This document shows, one piece after another, positions 1 through 12,796 of a DNA stretch of 64,000 bases. Source of the stretch: Eledone cirrhosa (Eukaryota); NCBI GenBank assembly GCA_964016885.1, contig OZ024746.1, positions 12,586,001 through 12,650,000 of the forward strand, given 5' to 3'. Each line of letters begins with the position of its first letter. Positions within the stretch are counted from its first letter, which is position 1. The translations under genes were made by a program, and so were the position numbers. The notes beneath the pieces were generated by a model. It saw only the letters and a program-made list of their open reading frames with translations, did not search any database and had not been told where the DNA came from.

Positions 1-705
1 AGTCGACTTTTAAACTGTCAAGTTAGGGTAAACAGAGTTTTGTCCCTTGATCAGATACACCATGATGGTTGTAATAAAGTCCAGTTTTATAACGTCTTGT
101 CTATCTTTCTAAACATTAAACTAGTTTCTACGAACCTAGAATCAAGTTTTTCAAAGTGACTCTTTATCATTCAACATCAACGTTTCACGTCTATATTCCA
201 TACGTTCATGGGGGGTTAGATGGGACTATATTGGTGACGTGACCACTTCCTGCTCATGCGTTGTGGGCCTATATTTGTGATGTGACCTTGCTGCACATAC
301 GTTCTGTTCGACTTGGTTCCTACGGCTGGATGCCTTTCCTAACAACAACCATTTTATAGTGTGCAGTCAGAGCAATTTATTGGGACACCAATACTACCAC
401 TTAACTTTGTGGACAGGGTGCTTTGTCTTTGTGGTACCAGCACTACCACTTCTCAGACCTGCCATCCTCTAAAAACCCAAACGGGGAGTATCATGAAAAA
501 AAAATGTGCCCCAAAACGAGGGAGAAATGAGGCAAAATGGGGAGATTTAACATAATGAAAGCTATACCCCTTTTCACAAGAGAAGACATCTCTCATCCAC
601 CCTAAAGTGAGTGGGGGATCTCATCGGACAGGGAGAGTTGACAGATCTGACTTCTCTGTGCAATTATGTAACCTTACATTCAAACCAAACTATAGCAAAA
701 ATACA

Positions 706-840
706 TTATACATACATACACACTCACATACATACATACACACATACATACATACACACACATACACACACACACACACATATACACATGCACATACATA
801 CAAGCACACATACACACATACATAAAGATAGAGAGATAGA
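706..840. repeat. (CA/TACA)n microsatellite with short GA tail
   Basis: Direct inspection. Confidence 0.85.
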
Positions 841-928
841 CAGAACCAACTGAGCCTGTGGTTTAAGATTGATCAATAGGTTGTTTTAAATATCATGATT
901 AACCTTAAATGTATATTTGAAATTTCAG

Positions 929-1024
929 CTCCATCTGGTTCACTGGAACTATACCAAGTATAAGACATTTGCAGAAGCTGCTGCTGCTGCTGATGGATTG
1001 TCTGTGTTGGGTGTCATGTTAAAG
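929..1024 (+). CDS. Alpha-carbonic anhydrase, internal exon ([32 protein letters not shown]); upstream exons lie outside the window
   Basis: tttcag| acceptor and |gtatgt donor, phase 0-0. The (E)LHLVHW motif carries the third Zn-ligand His of alpha-CAs, followed by a DGLxVLGV motif. Confidence 0.93.
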
Positions 1025-1606
1025 GTATGTTGTTGTTATTGTTGTTATTGTCTCAGGTCCACTCTCATCCGGGACACCTATGATCAAAGGCACCCTTGCC
1101 AATGACCATCACCATCCCTCCTTTTTTTCAGACAGTGTTTTTAATAATGCATTATCTAATATATCCTTCCTTTATTAAGACAGTAAGGAATATTTGGCTG
1201 CTAATTTTAGCAGGGCAAATCACCACCCAGCTTGAATCAATAAGAGAGCCTCTATGTTGGAGATGAGTACCAGCTCAGTAGACCAGAAAGCCCCATAAGT
1301 TATCACACACACAATATATATAGAATACCCAACTGTAGCAAACACAAAAACGAGCAAACAGATGTTAGCCTTGCAGGACCCCATATCAACTTTCTTCATT
1401 GTTCTCTATCATCTGCATCCCCCTTTCAACAACCTCCTGGCTTTCATTTCCTCCTCCATCGTCTTTAGCAAGGTCTTTCTTGGTCTTCCTCTACCTCCCT
1501 GCAATGTCCCTTCATCCATCATCTTTATAGCAATATTAAAGAAAAGGTTATTATTATTCCTCTTATAATTTTTGCTGTTCTCTCTTCTATTTTATACCAT
1601 AAAAAG

Positions 1607-1721
1607 AGTGGGCAACCTAATGCTGCCATGCAACAAGTATGTGATGCTATGGAAAGTGTGACAAGTGCTGGTTCAACATATACAATGAAAACACCTTTTG
1701 ATTTACCTGGTCTCCTTCCAG
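1607..1721 (+). CDS. Alpha-carbonic anhydrase exon (SGQPNAAMQQVCDAMESVTSAGSTYTMKTPFDLPGLLP)
   Basis: Pyrimidine tract + aag| acceptor, G|gtaggt donor; phase 0-1 joins both neighbours in frame; FDxxxLLP motif typical of alpha-CAs. Confidence 0.88.
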
Positions 1722-1787
1722 GTAGGTTCATTTATCTACTTTTGTTTGTTTGCATTGCTCTTTTCAAAATACATCATGTATATATAA

Positions 1788-1884
1788 TTTTGGCACAAGG
1801 CCAGCAATTACTCAGTGCATTACTGGTACTTTATTTTATGCACTGGGTAATTGCTGGCCTTGTGCCAAAAGTAGAAACAATTAT
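1788..1884. mobile_element. Fold-back (5'-inverted) fragment of the tRNA-SINE 3' end
   Basis: 33-bp arms 1788-1820 and 1838-1870 are reverse complements with one mismatch, and match the SINE 3' end seen elsewhere in the window. Confidence 0.85.
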
Positions 1885-2396
1885 ATATACATGGTGTATA
1901 TATAATGGAATTCAACTATACACTACATATATATATTCCAATGATTTGATCAGAGACACACACTGTATTTAAGGTTGAGTGACGCAATTTTGAGTGATCA
2001 GCAGCCTTTAGACTCACCTGATCAATGAAACAGTTGTTAATACTGTAAATAAATCCTTTTTGTACAGCCGACCATGTTATTCTTCACTCTTTCACTATAT
2101 ATATGTATATATATGCTTGTGGCCTTAACATAGCCAAAATCAGTTCTGTATGAGTAAGACATGGTCATCTAACCTGGCTTGTCTCACAACAGGACAACTC
2201 ATCTAACCCATGCTAGCATGGAAAAATGGATGTTAAACAGGGATGAAGATGATTCCAAATAATCAATAGTGAAGCTATAACATTTTATGACTTGTGTGTT
2301 TAAATTCCAGTCAGTGTTTCTCTCTATATTTTCTTTTGATTTCTATTTTTATAAATTGTACGATTTAAATAACAAATATTTCTCTTTATTCTGAAG

Positions 2397-2506
2397 GTGA
2401 CATTAACAAATTTTACACTTACCTTGGTTCCTTGACCACTCCACCTTGCCATGAAAGTGTTACTTGGATTGTTTGTCAGAACCCAATAACCTGTTCTCAA
2501 GAACAG
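2397..2506 (+). CDS. Alpha-carbonic anhydrase exon ([37 protein letters not shown])
   Basis: Hand translation gives the diagnostic [16 protein letters not shown] active-site motif; aag| and |gtaaag sites, phase 1-0. Not in the ORF track. Confidence 0.95.
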
Positions 2507-3281
2507 GTAAAGAAATATGATTTGTTTTTTAATTTTTATTTATTTGTCTGGGCAACAGGTGTTTTACTGTATGGTTATACATTTCTGTAAATGGAAAGGG
2601 TTAGATAGGATAACTAGGACATTTAGTGCTATTAAGGCTTAGTTTAAACTGTTTAAATCTGATGGTTAGAAGGAAAACATTTGCAGAGAAAGAGAAAAGT
2701 GTGCCCTTTTGAGATAGAAGGATTAATCAAAATGTTTAGTAGGAATTTTTGGGTGTGAATATGATACTGTGGAGATAAGAAGGAAAGAGGTGAGTCAGTT
2801 TGTGAGGTTAGGCTGCATGGTGTATATATAATTAACAAATTCAGATAAAGAGACATAGTGTTGGTAGAAATGTCAGAGGGTAAGCACAGCTTAATAGTAT
2901 GCAAGTGATCATAACTGCTGAAGTTTCAAGAGCTTTTCTAAGGGCTGGGACTTAGCTCTGTGTTTATTGCATCAAACCAATACCTTCTTTGAATGAAATT
3001 ACTATGTCTTCAGTAATATTTTCATGAATGCTAAGTAAGCCAGTACAACGTTGAATTAAGTGTACTGTCCAAATGTCCAATGGCCACAGTGGTATTGAAT
3101 TAGCTATAACTGAGAAGGTATTCTAATATTTCTTTAATGTGAAGAGCTTTGCCAATCAGTTAGATAAGGTTTACTGTGATGCAACAGTTTAGTTCGTGCT
3201 AACATATTCAATACTGGAAGCATTAAAAAGCAAACTAAAAATAAATAAGGAGTGAGGAAAAAAATGTATTATTATTATTTT

Positions 3282-3472
3282 TGGATTGGCAGTATCGGTA
3301 GAAGGTCGGATGCCATGCTTTGAGGCATAAAGTTATGGCCCTTTCCATTCTGAGTTCAAATCCCACCGAGGTTAACTTTGCCTTTCATCCTTACGGGGTC
3401 GATAAAATAAAGTACCAGTAATACACTGGGATAATTGCTGGCCTTGTGCCAAAAGTAGAAACAATTATTATT
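3282..3472 (+). mobile_element. tRNA-derived SINE, family A (short-tail variant)
   Basis: A-box-like TGGCAGTATCGG, B-box GAGTTCAAATCCC, body GCCTTTCATCCTTACGGGGTCGATAAAATAAAGTACCAG, (ATT)n tail; many similar copies in the window. Confidence 0.85.
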
Positions 3473-4578
3473 TTCTTATTCATCTACTTATTCCTGAGAG
3501 GATCGTGGGACAAAGTCATCAGATATGCCTTCCAGAGGGCCCTATCGAAAGCAAACATCACTAACTGATCCAGGTGGATTTCCAAGCAAGACCAGCCAAG
3601 CTCATGGATGTTATCCAACTATCATGCTTGTGGTTTATCTCTAGTTCTCCTTCCAGTTGGCTTTGCCCATAAAATCTGTCCTGCAATTCCTTTCTTAGAT
3701 ATTCTAACCACATGTCCATAGTACTAGAGCTGTGATGCAGAGAAGTAGCAAGCTGTGTACCTTATTGAGTAACATTACTCCAGAAACCCTTTGGTGGGAC
3801 ACCATTTTGGTTGACTGCCTTTGATTATGGCACTAGTACTAGAGGCCATCATGTCCTCGACAAGACTGAAAAGTTTTCTCTACTTTTAATGTGGTTGTCC
3901 TGTGGTCCACTATTTTACAGTATATATGGGGGTGCATTTTATTGTGATGCCAATGTTGAAGAGGGTTGACTGAGCCCAATCATAGCAAAAGAATTATCTT
4001 CATTCTGTCATCTCTGTTCTTTGAAGCCAATAGTACCCAAGAGTGTCATTTGAAAGAGTATGATGGCCAGGAATTTACATGTAGTGAGAGTATGAATAAA
4101 GTGATAGGATGGTAGGGGATAGAGAGAGACAATGACAGCTACATGTTAGTTGTTGGTAAGAGGGAAGTTGAGCAATAGGAGTATGTTATGCTAGAGGAGA
4201 TTTAGTTCAGGGTAGCAACTATGAAGTTTAATGGTGAAAATAGTGGATGATAGCTGAGATTCTTATGAGGAATAAAGTAAGAGAATGAATATGGAAAACA
4301 ATGATAGGAAGATTATAGGATAGAGAGTGTGACTAGCTACATACTGGTTATTGGTAGAAGATGCAGTAATAGGGGATGTTATGGTGGAAGAGGGTTTGTG
4401 ATGGGTAACAACAGAAAAATGTTATGGAGAGTTATGAAAGCAAAGTCACGTAGGAGAGAAAATGAATGATGATAGTATTGAATACATATTGTATACTGTA
4501 AATTAGAAGACTAAATTTCAAGATATAAATAATTATAAAATCTGAATTGTACATATTTTTTTCTTCTTTTACTTCTAG

Positions 4579-4683
4579 TTCAATATTATAAGGTCTCTGA
4601 AAACCGATGAAGGTGAAAGCCTGGTAAATAATTTCCGACCTGTGATGCCACTCGGCAGCAGAACAATGTGTTGTTCTAATTAA
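4579..4683 (+). CDS. Alpha-carbonic anhydrase terminal exon (FNIIRSLKTDEGESLVNNFRPVMPLGSRTMCCSN*)
   Basis: ttctag| acceptor, phase 0; conserved NxRPxxPL motif; TAA at 4681-4683; no hydrophobic TM/GPI tail. Confidence 0.92.
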   Translation, partial: FNIIRSLKTDEGESLVNNFRPVMPLGSRTMCCSN

Positions 4684-4887
4684 ATATCATTGAAAAGCCA
4701 ATTAGATTAGAGACCAATCAACTAATAAGGAGTTTTTTGTTTTGTTTTGTTTATTTTTTCAAAATTCAGTTTTCCTCTCTTTTATATGTCACTTTTATAT
4801 GCAATTTAAAACACAACTCAAGCACTCAGACACACATATATATATGTGTTTATGTTATATATATATATATTATTATTATTATCATTA

Positions 4888-5347
4888 GGGTGGTGGATTG
4901 GCAGTATTGGCAGAGCATCAGATACCCTGCTTCGCAGCATAGAGTTACGGCCCTTTACGTTCTGAGTTCAAACCCTGCTGAGGTTAACTTTCCTTTACAT
5001 ACTTACGAGGTTGATAAAATAAAGCACCAGTAATGTACTGGGGTCGATTTAATCGACTTTTCCCTTCCCTTCAAATTACTGGCCTTGTGCCTATAGTAGA
5101 AACAATTATTATTATTATTATTACTAATGGCGGTGGATTGGTAGTATCAGTAGAGGGTTGGATGCCATGATTTGCAGCAAGAGTTACGGCCCTTTATGAG
5201 TTCAAATCTTGCCGACACTAACTTTGCCTTTCATCTTTATGGGGTCGATAAAATAAAGTACCAGTCATGCACTGGGGTCGATTTAATCAAATACCCCCTC
5301 CCCCAAAATTGCTGGCCTTGTGCCTATATAAGAAACCATTATTATTA
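4888..5347 (+). mobile_element. Two tandem family A SINEs (about 4888-5123 and 5129-5347) just downstream of the CA stop codon
   Basis: Same head, body and (ATT)n tail as the other copies. Confidence 0.85.
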
Positions 5348-6485
5348 TACTACATCTTTCTAGAATAGTTTTGGTCACACACATATTATTCCTTTATTCC
5401 ATCTTAAACTAATTAATTTCATTTTAAATTATATCAACTTTAATGGTCACAGGTCATGGTCATAGGTCAAGGGTCTGTGATTATGTATGATGCAGCTGAG
5501 TATGGTTGATGTGATATCACTGAAAGAAACCAGTTAACGTAGCTGTGTAACAGTAAAGATCATCTTGATTCATGACATAAGTTGAAGTCCTGATGGAACT
5601 ATTTTCCCTCATTTCCTATTATAGACCTGAGACTTTTGCCTGTATTTAACGTCCTAGAGGGCAGGGATTTTGGCAGTCATTAGAATGTCAGATAGAATGT
5701 TTTGCAGTATACATTGTGGCTCTCTGTGCTCAAATACCACAGAGGTCAACTTCGCCTTTCATCCTTTCGAAGTCAATAAAGTACGAGTACTTGGGTAAAT
5801 TTTTCCTCTATATCTTTTTTTCTCTCTCTCTGAAAGAAATTGCCTGTGTTTAGACATAGAAAGGGTATGAACTCAACCAGGTTTTAAATGCCCAAGGAGT
5901 TACGGGTCCCATGCATACAATGACCCAGAGAGAAAGAGAGAGAGACTTAGCAAGTCCTACTACAGTTTTTTTTTGTTTGTTTTTTTGTATTTGTTTTGTG
6001 ATGATGCAACATCACTAAGTATTTAGCATTAAACATCTTCACTTCACATAAAAATAGACATCATAGCCTAAGTGACTGCAACAAGATGCAATATTATTCA
6101 TATGAAAATATACATATATTATAAATATTTTATACATATGGAAATATATGGATGTATCTAATGCAATTTATTGGTCAAGAGCAATGAATATATAGTGATT
6201 TTGTACAAAATCAAAAAAGGAAGATTTTTTCACTTCACCTTAAAATAACAATTTGTAAGAATTTATTATAGATCAAAGTTTGTGATAGTATTTTTATCTA
6301 TGCACTGATATTCAAATCTTCATAAAAAATATTTTAAACTTGGTTGTTTGTCTTTTTTTATTCATAAAGTATATGTGTCTATGTATGTATGTATGTATGT
6401 ACATGTGTATGTATGTACATATGTGTGTATATAAGGAAAAGAAAGTGAAAATGCAACTGGAGACTTTTAAAAATATTTATTTCCT

Positions 6486-6524
<39 letters not shown>

Positions 6525-6540
6525 TCATATATCTATATAT

Positions 6541-8962
6541 ATTTGTAGTGTGGTTGCTTGGATGCGTCCATAGGCAGTATGCCATTTGAGCACTCTATGC
6601 TCCTACAGAGCAGGGTATAATAATATAGAAAACGAAGAATCAGTGATGCATCGGAATACAATTTTGTGGTCCGATGCATCACTGATTCTTCGTTTTCCAT
6701 ATTATATCTATGATGATTGCAAACTCTGCCAAGAGTATTGCAATCGCTTGTCAGATTCAGATGTCGGACGCTCAGATATGACTTTTCAAGCCAGCTAGAG
6801 ACTTGCACTCTTTCACACACTGACGACAACTTTGGATCTCCCTGGCTTGAGGTCCTGCATCAGGTTGCTTGTGAACCCTCACAACACCGTGGAGATCATA
6901 GTTCACTGGTTCTCTTTGAACATGGCTACAACTGTGGCTCCTGTGACCAGATTTGCTCCAGCAAATTTTTCCACACTCAGGGCACTTCAATTCAATGGAG
7001 ACACCGATCGTTTCGAGAGATACACCAGGGCATTGCTTATGCACATCCCATTTGATCTTCTCGTTCTCTATGCGTCTATCCTCAAAAGTATGGACCCCAT
7101 CATTCGCCATTCCACGCCAAGTTTCTCTTTCAAGAGTTTCTATCTCCCAGTCAGCCATCATCAAACCAGTTTTTTTCAATGAGTCCTTTACACAATCCTT
7201 GAATCAGAGCTTTGGCTTGTGAGGTGGTCTCTTACCCTCATAAAGCTCGCCATACAAGAGTTGTTTTGGGATTCGATCATCCTCCATTCTGCAGAGGTGT
7301 CCGGTCCATCGCAAACATCGTTGGTGGATGATACTCTCAATGCTCCGACACTCACTTCTCTCAAGGACCTCAACATAACTCACATGCATCTGCCACTTGA
7401 TACCGAGCATCTTTCTGAGACACTGCTGGTGAAACCATTCCAGTCTGTGGATATTCCGTTTGTAGGCAATCCATGCCTCACATGCAGCATACACTCTCAC
7501 CTTGGTCCTCATTGTGATTCCTCGCCTGCACCAAAGATGGTCGTTGAGCCTTCCAAATGACTCACTTGCCTTACTAACACGTAGACAAACTTCTGCATCC
7601 AGAGAGCAGGTCACACTCAGAGTACTCCCCAAATACACAAATGTGTCAGCAGCCTTCAGCTTTTGAAACTTTATCCGGAGCAGGTTGGTACATGACGACG
7701 GTCTTCTTCAGACTGATTGTCAGTCCCAAAGCACTGCACGCATTGGAAAAAGAATCCATAAGGTGTTGCATGTCATTCTGGGAGTGTGCAAAGAGATCAC
7801 AATCATCTGCATATAAAAATTCTCTGATCAAGGTACTCAGTACCTTAGTGTTGGCAGTGAGACGCCTAAGGTTAAACAGCCTGCCGGAAGTGCGATATCT
7901 GAGATAGATACCGTGTTGACAATCCTTGAAGGCCATGAAGAACACCATCGCGAAATACAAGGCAAACAAAGTCGGTGCAGGTATATCACCCTGCTTGACA
8001 CCATTTTCAACCGAGATTGGCTCAGACAGTTTACCTCCAGCATTCACCCATGCCTGCATGTCATCGTGGAAGAGTTTCAGAATGTTCACAAAATTTTCAG
8101 GACAGCCCAATCTCTCCAAAATAACCCACAAAGCCTTCCGATTAATAGTGTCAAATACCTTGGTCAGATCGACAAAAACTTGGTATAAGTCCATGCGCTG
8201 CTCAATGCATTTCTCTTGAAGTTGTTTGGCTGCGAAGATCATGTCAACAGTGCCTCTGCCATTCCTAAAGCCACATTGGGACTCAGGAAGTACCTCAACA
8301 GCAATGTGCTGTATCAATCTGTCCAACAATATCCTGCACAAGATCTTCTCAGCCACAAATAACAGTGAAATATCTCTGTAGTTAGCTCCTTTTCCTTTAT
8401 AAAGTACCACCATCAATGCATCTTTCCAATCCTGTGGCACATATTCTTCATTCCAAACATTCACAAAGAGATCAGTGAGGCGGTTTAAGAAGTTATCACC
8501 AGCACACTTGAAAATCTCGGCACTCAGTCCATCCATTCCAGGTGACTTGCTGCTGTTTAATTTGGCACTGGCCTTCGCCACCTCATCAAATGAAGGAGGG
8601 TCAGCCATTGCCAGCTTTGTAGGTCTGGATGCAATCGACCGGATGAACTCATCATCAATTTCTGATGGTCTGTTGAGAAGCTCATCAAAGTGGTCACACC
8701 ACCTGATCAGGATTTCCTTTGGATCTCTGAGTAATTCCTTGCCGTCCCCGGAGTGAAGTGGTGATATATGTGAACCGGTCGGACAATACGCCTCCCTGAG
8801 CAGACGGTATAGGAGCTTTGTATCATGTCTATCTGAGGCCTTCTGGATTTCATCAGCCTTTTGGCTCCACCAGGTATCCTGCATGGCTCTCAATCGATGT
8901 TGCAGACGTGCCTTGATCTGCCTGAAGGTCCGGTCACTCCTGTCAGAACGTGTCTCACACAA
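6541..8962 (-). mobile_element. 5'-truncated, frameshifted RTE-clade (BovB-like) LINE
   Basis: ORF pieces 7646..8960 (NYRDISLL, QCGFR, GVKQGDIPAPTLF, YADD), 7204..7638 (YLGS, RWTGH, RIPKQLLYGEL) and 6772..7179 (C2H2-like CPECGKIC..H); (TA)n on both flanks. Confidence 0.9.
6620..6705. repeat. Near-perfect inverted repeat (36-bp arms, 14-nt loop)
   Basis: ataatatagaaaacgaagaatcagtgatgcatcgga / tccgatgcatcactgattcttcgttttccatattat, one mismatch. Confidence 0.9.
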
Positions 8963-8965
8963 CAA

Positions 8966-10231
<1,266 letters not shown>

Positions 10232-11528
10232 ATCATCATCATCACCATCATCACCGTTTTACGTCCGTTCTTCCACGCTAGCATGGGTTAGACGGGTTGT
10301 CCTGTTGTGGGCAGTGTCTGGTCGGCTGACCATGCCTTGCTCATACAGGAACTGATCTGGCTTGATTTCTACAGCTGGATGCCCTTCCTAACACCAACCT
10401 CATTTACAGTGAGTGCTGGGTGCTTTTTCGTGGCGCCTACACGTCCACTTTACAGTGTGGGCTGGGTACTTTTTTGCCGTGGCACCTCCACGACCACCTT
10501 GCGGTGGGGGGGGGGGGCATATTGTTTATATGCTTCAGCATGTACCCATGGGAGGTCGGTACCCTGTATTACTGCGTGACGCCAGAAGTCACGGTCGTGT
10601 GTCATTGACTTTGAGAGGTGTAGTTGGGTAAGGTCGGCTTTTATCACCTCATCCCAAGTCATCTTGGGTCTCCCCACTCCGCGGTTTCCATCAACTTCTA
10701 GTGCTCTGCACCTTTTTATGCAGCTGTCATCCTTCATACGCATCACATGTCCATACCAGCGTAACCGCCTCTCCTGCACGCAGCATTTGATTCCTCTTAT
10801 GCTCAGTCTCTCTCTCAATTCCTTTATGCTTTGTCGTTCACGTATATTACTGTTACACATCCATCGGAGCATGCAGGCTTCGTTTCTCTCTAATCTACGT
10901 AAGTCTTCCACCTTCAGCGCCCAGGTCTCACTACCATGCAACATCGCTGTTCGGATACACGCATCATACAGTCTGCCTTTCATTCTGAGGGAGAAGCCTT
11001 TTGCAGCTAGCAGTGGTAGTAGTTCCCTAAACTTCTTCCATCCCGTTCTTACCCTAGTTATTGTACTTTCTGAGCACCCACCTCCGTTGCTAATTCGGTC
11101 ACCTAGGTAGCAGAAGCTGTCTACTGTTTCTACAGGGCCCTCCCAGAGATTGGTGGTACTTGTTTCCTGTGGCTGTTTGCTTGCTGTTTCAGCACAGCTG
11201 CTGCATGTGAATCCTACATTCTTAATTAAGCTTCCTGAGATCCCGCTACATCTCTTGTGTACCCATTGTTTGCATTTGGGGCAGAGAATGGAGTTCCTAC
11301 CTACACCTTTCCTACATACTGAGCAAGGCCATTTCCCTGAGGGGATCTGGGTTCTGTTTTCTCGTCTACTTATAAGGACCTTAGTCTTTGTCATGTTGAC
11401 TTTGAGGCCCTTTCTCTCTAGTCCCTGCTTCCAGGTTTGGAATTTATTCTCTAGTTCTACCATAGATTCAGCTATGAGTGCGAGGTCATCAGCATACAGG
11501 AGTTCCCATGGGCATCCGGTGTCTTAAA
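10232..11528 (-). mobile_element. 5'-truncated RTE-clade LINE (second family) with a PHD-like finger in the ORF and a (GAT)n 3' tail
   Basis: [13 protein letters not shown] at the truncation; ORF 10450..11463 with YLGD, HGSETW, RRLRWYGHV, GRPKMTW; 3' region with the GGATGCCCTTCCTAAC motif; (TA)n on both flanks. Confidence 0.9.
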
Positions 11529-12072
<544 letters not shown>

Positions 12073-12796
12073 CAGTTGAGCAGTTGAAGTATAAGGACGT
12101 GTTTTTACTTCTCTCCCCGAGTAAGCAGCAAGTCACACAGCCACAAAACAAAACCACAAGACAAAACCAAACAAACAAAAATTGACCGGTTAATACATTT
12201 TCATACATCTATATTATTATATATTTGAAAATTGACCGGTTAATTCATTTTTCATACATCTATATTATTATATATTTGAAACCACGTGTTTTCGAACTTG
12301 TGAGTACATTTTCCTTTAACTACAAATTATTATTATATACTTTCGTCTTTTCATTAACTTAATTAATTTCAAATAACCAGAATATACATATATATATATA
12401 TATATATATACTCATATTTATATATATACGCTTCTCACTCACACACAAGAAAAACAAAAAAAACAAAAATAAATCAAAAATAAATTTAAAAAAAATATAT
12501 ATATATTGAAATACTTAACTAAAACACACACACACGAACTTGTGAGTACATTTTCCTTTAACTACAAATTATTATTATATACTTTCGTCTTTTCATTAAC
12601 TTAATTAATTTCAAATAACCAGAATATACATATATATATATATATATATATACTCATATTTATATATATACGCTTCTCACTCACACACAAGAAAAACAAA
12701 AAACAAAAATAAATCAAAAATAAATTTAAAAAAAAAAAAAAAATATATATATATATTGAAATACTTAACTAAAACACACACACACTCAAAACTAGA

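Noticed and set aside
3282-3370. tRNA gene
   Set aside because: The A/B boxes belong to a multi-copy SINE head; no cloverleaf is evident and the sequence continues into the SINE body.
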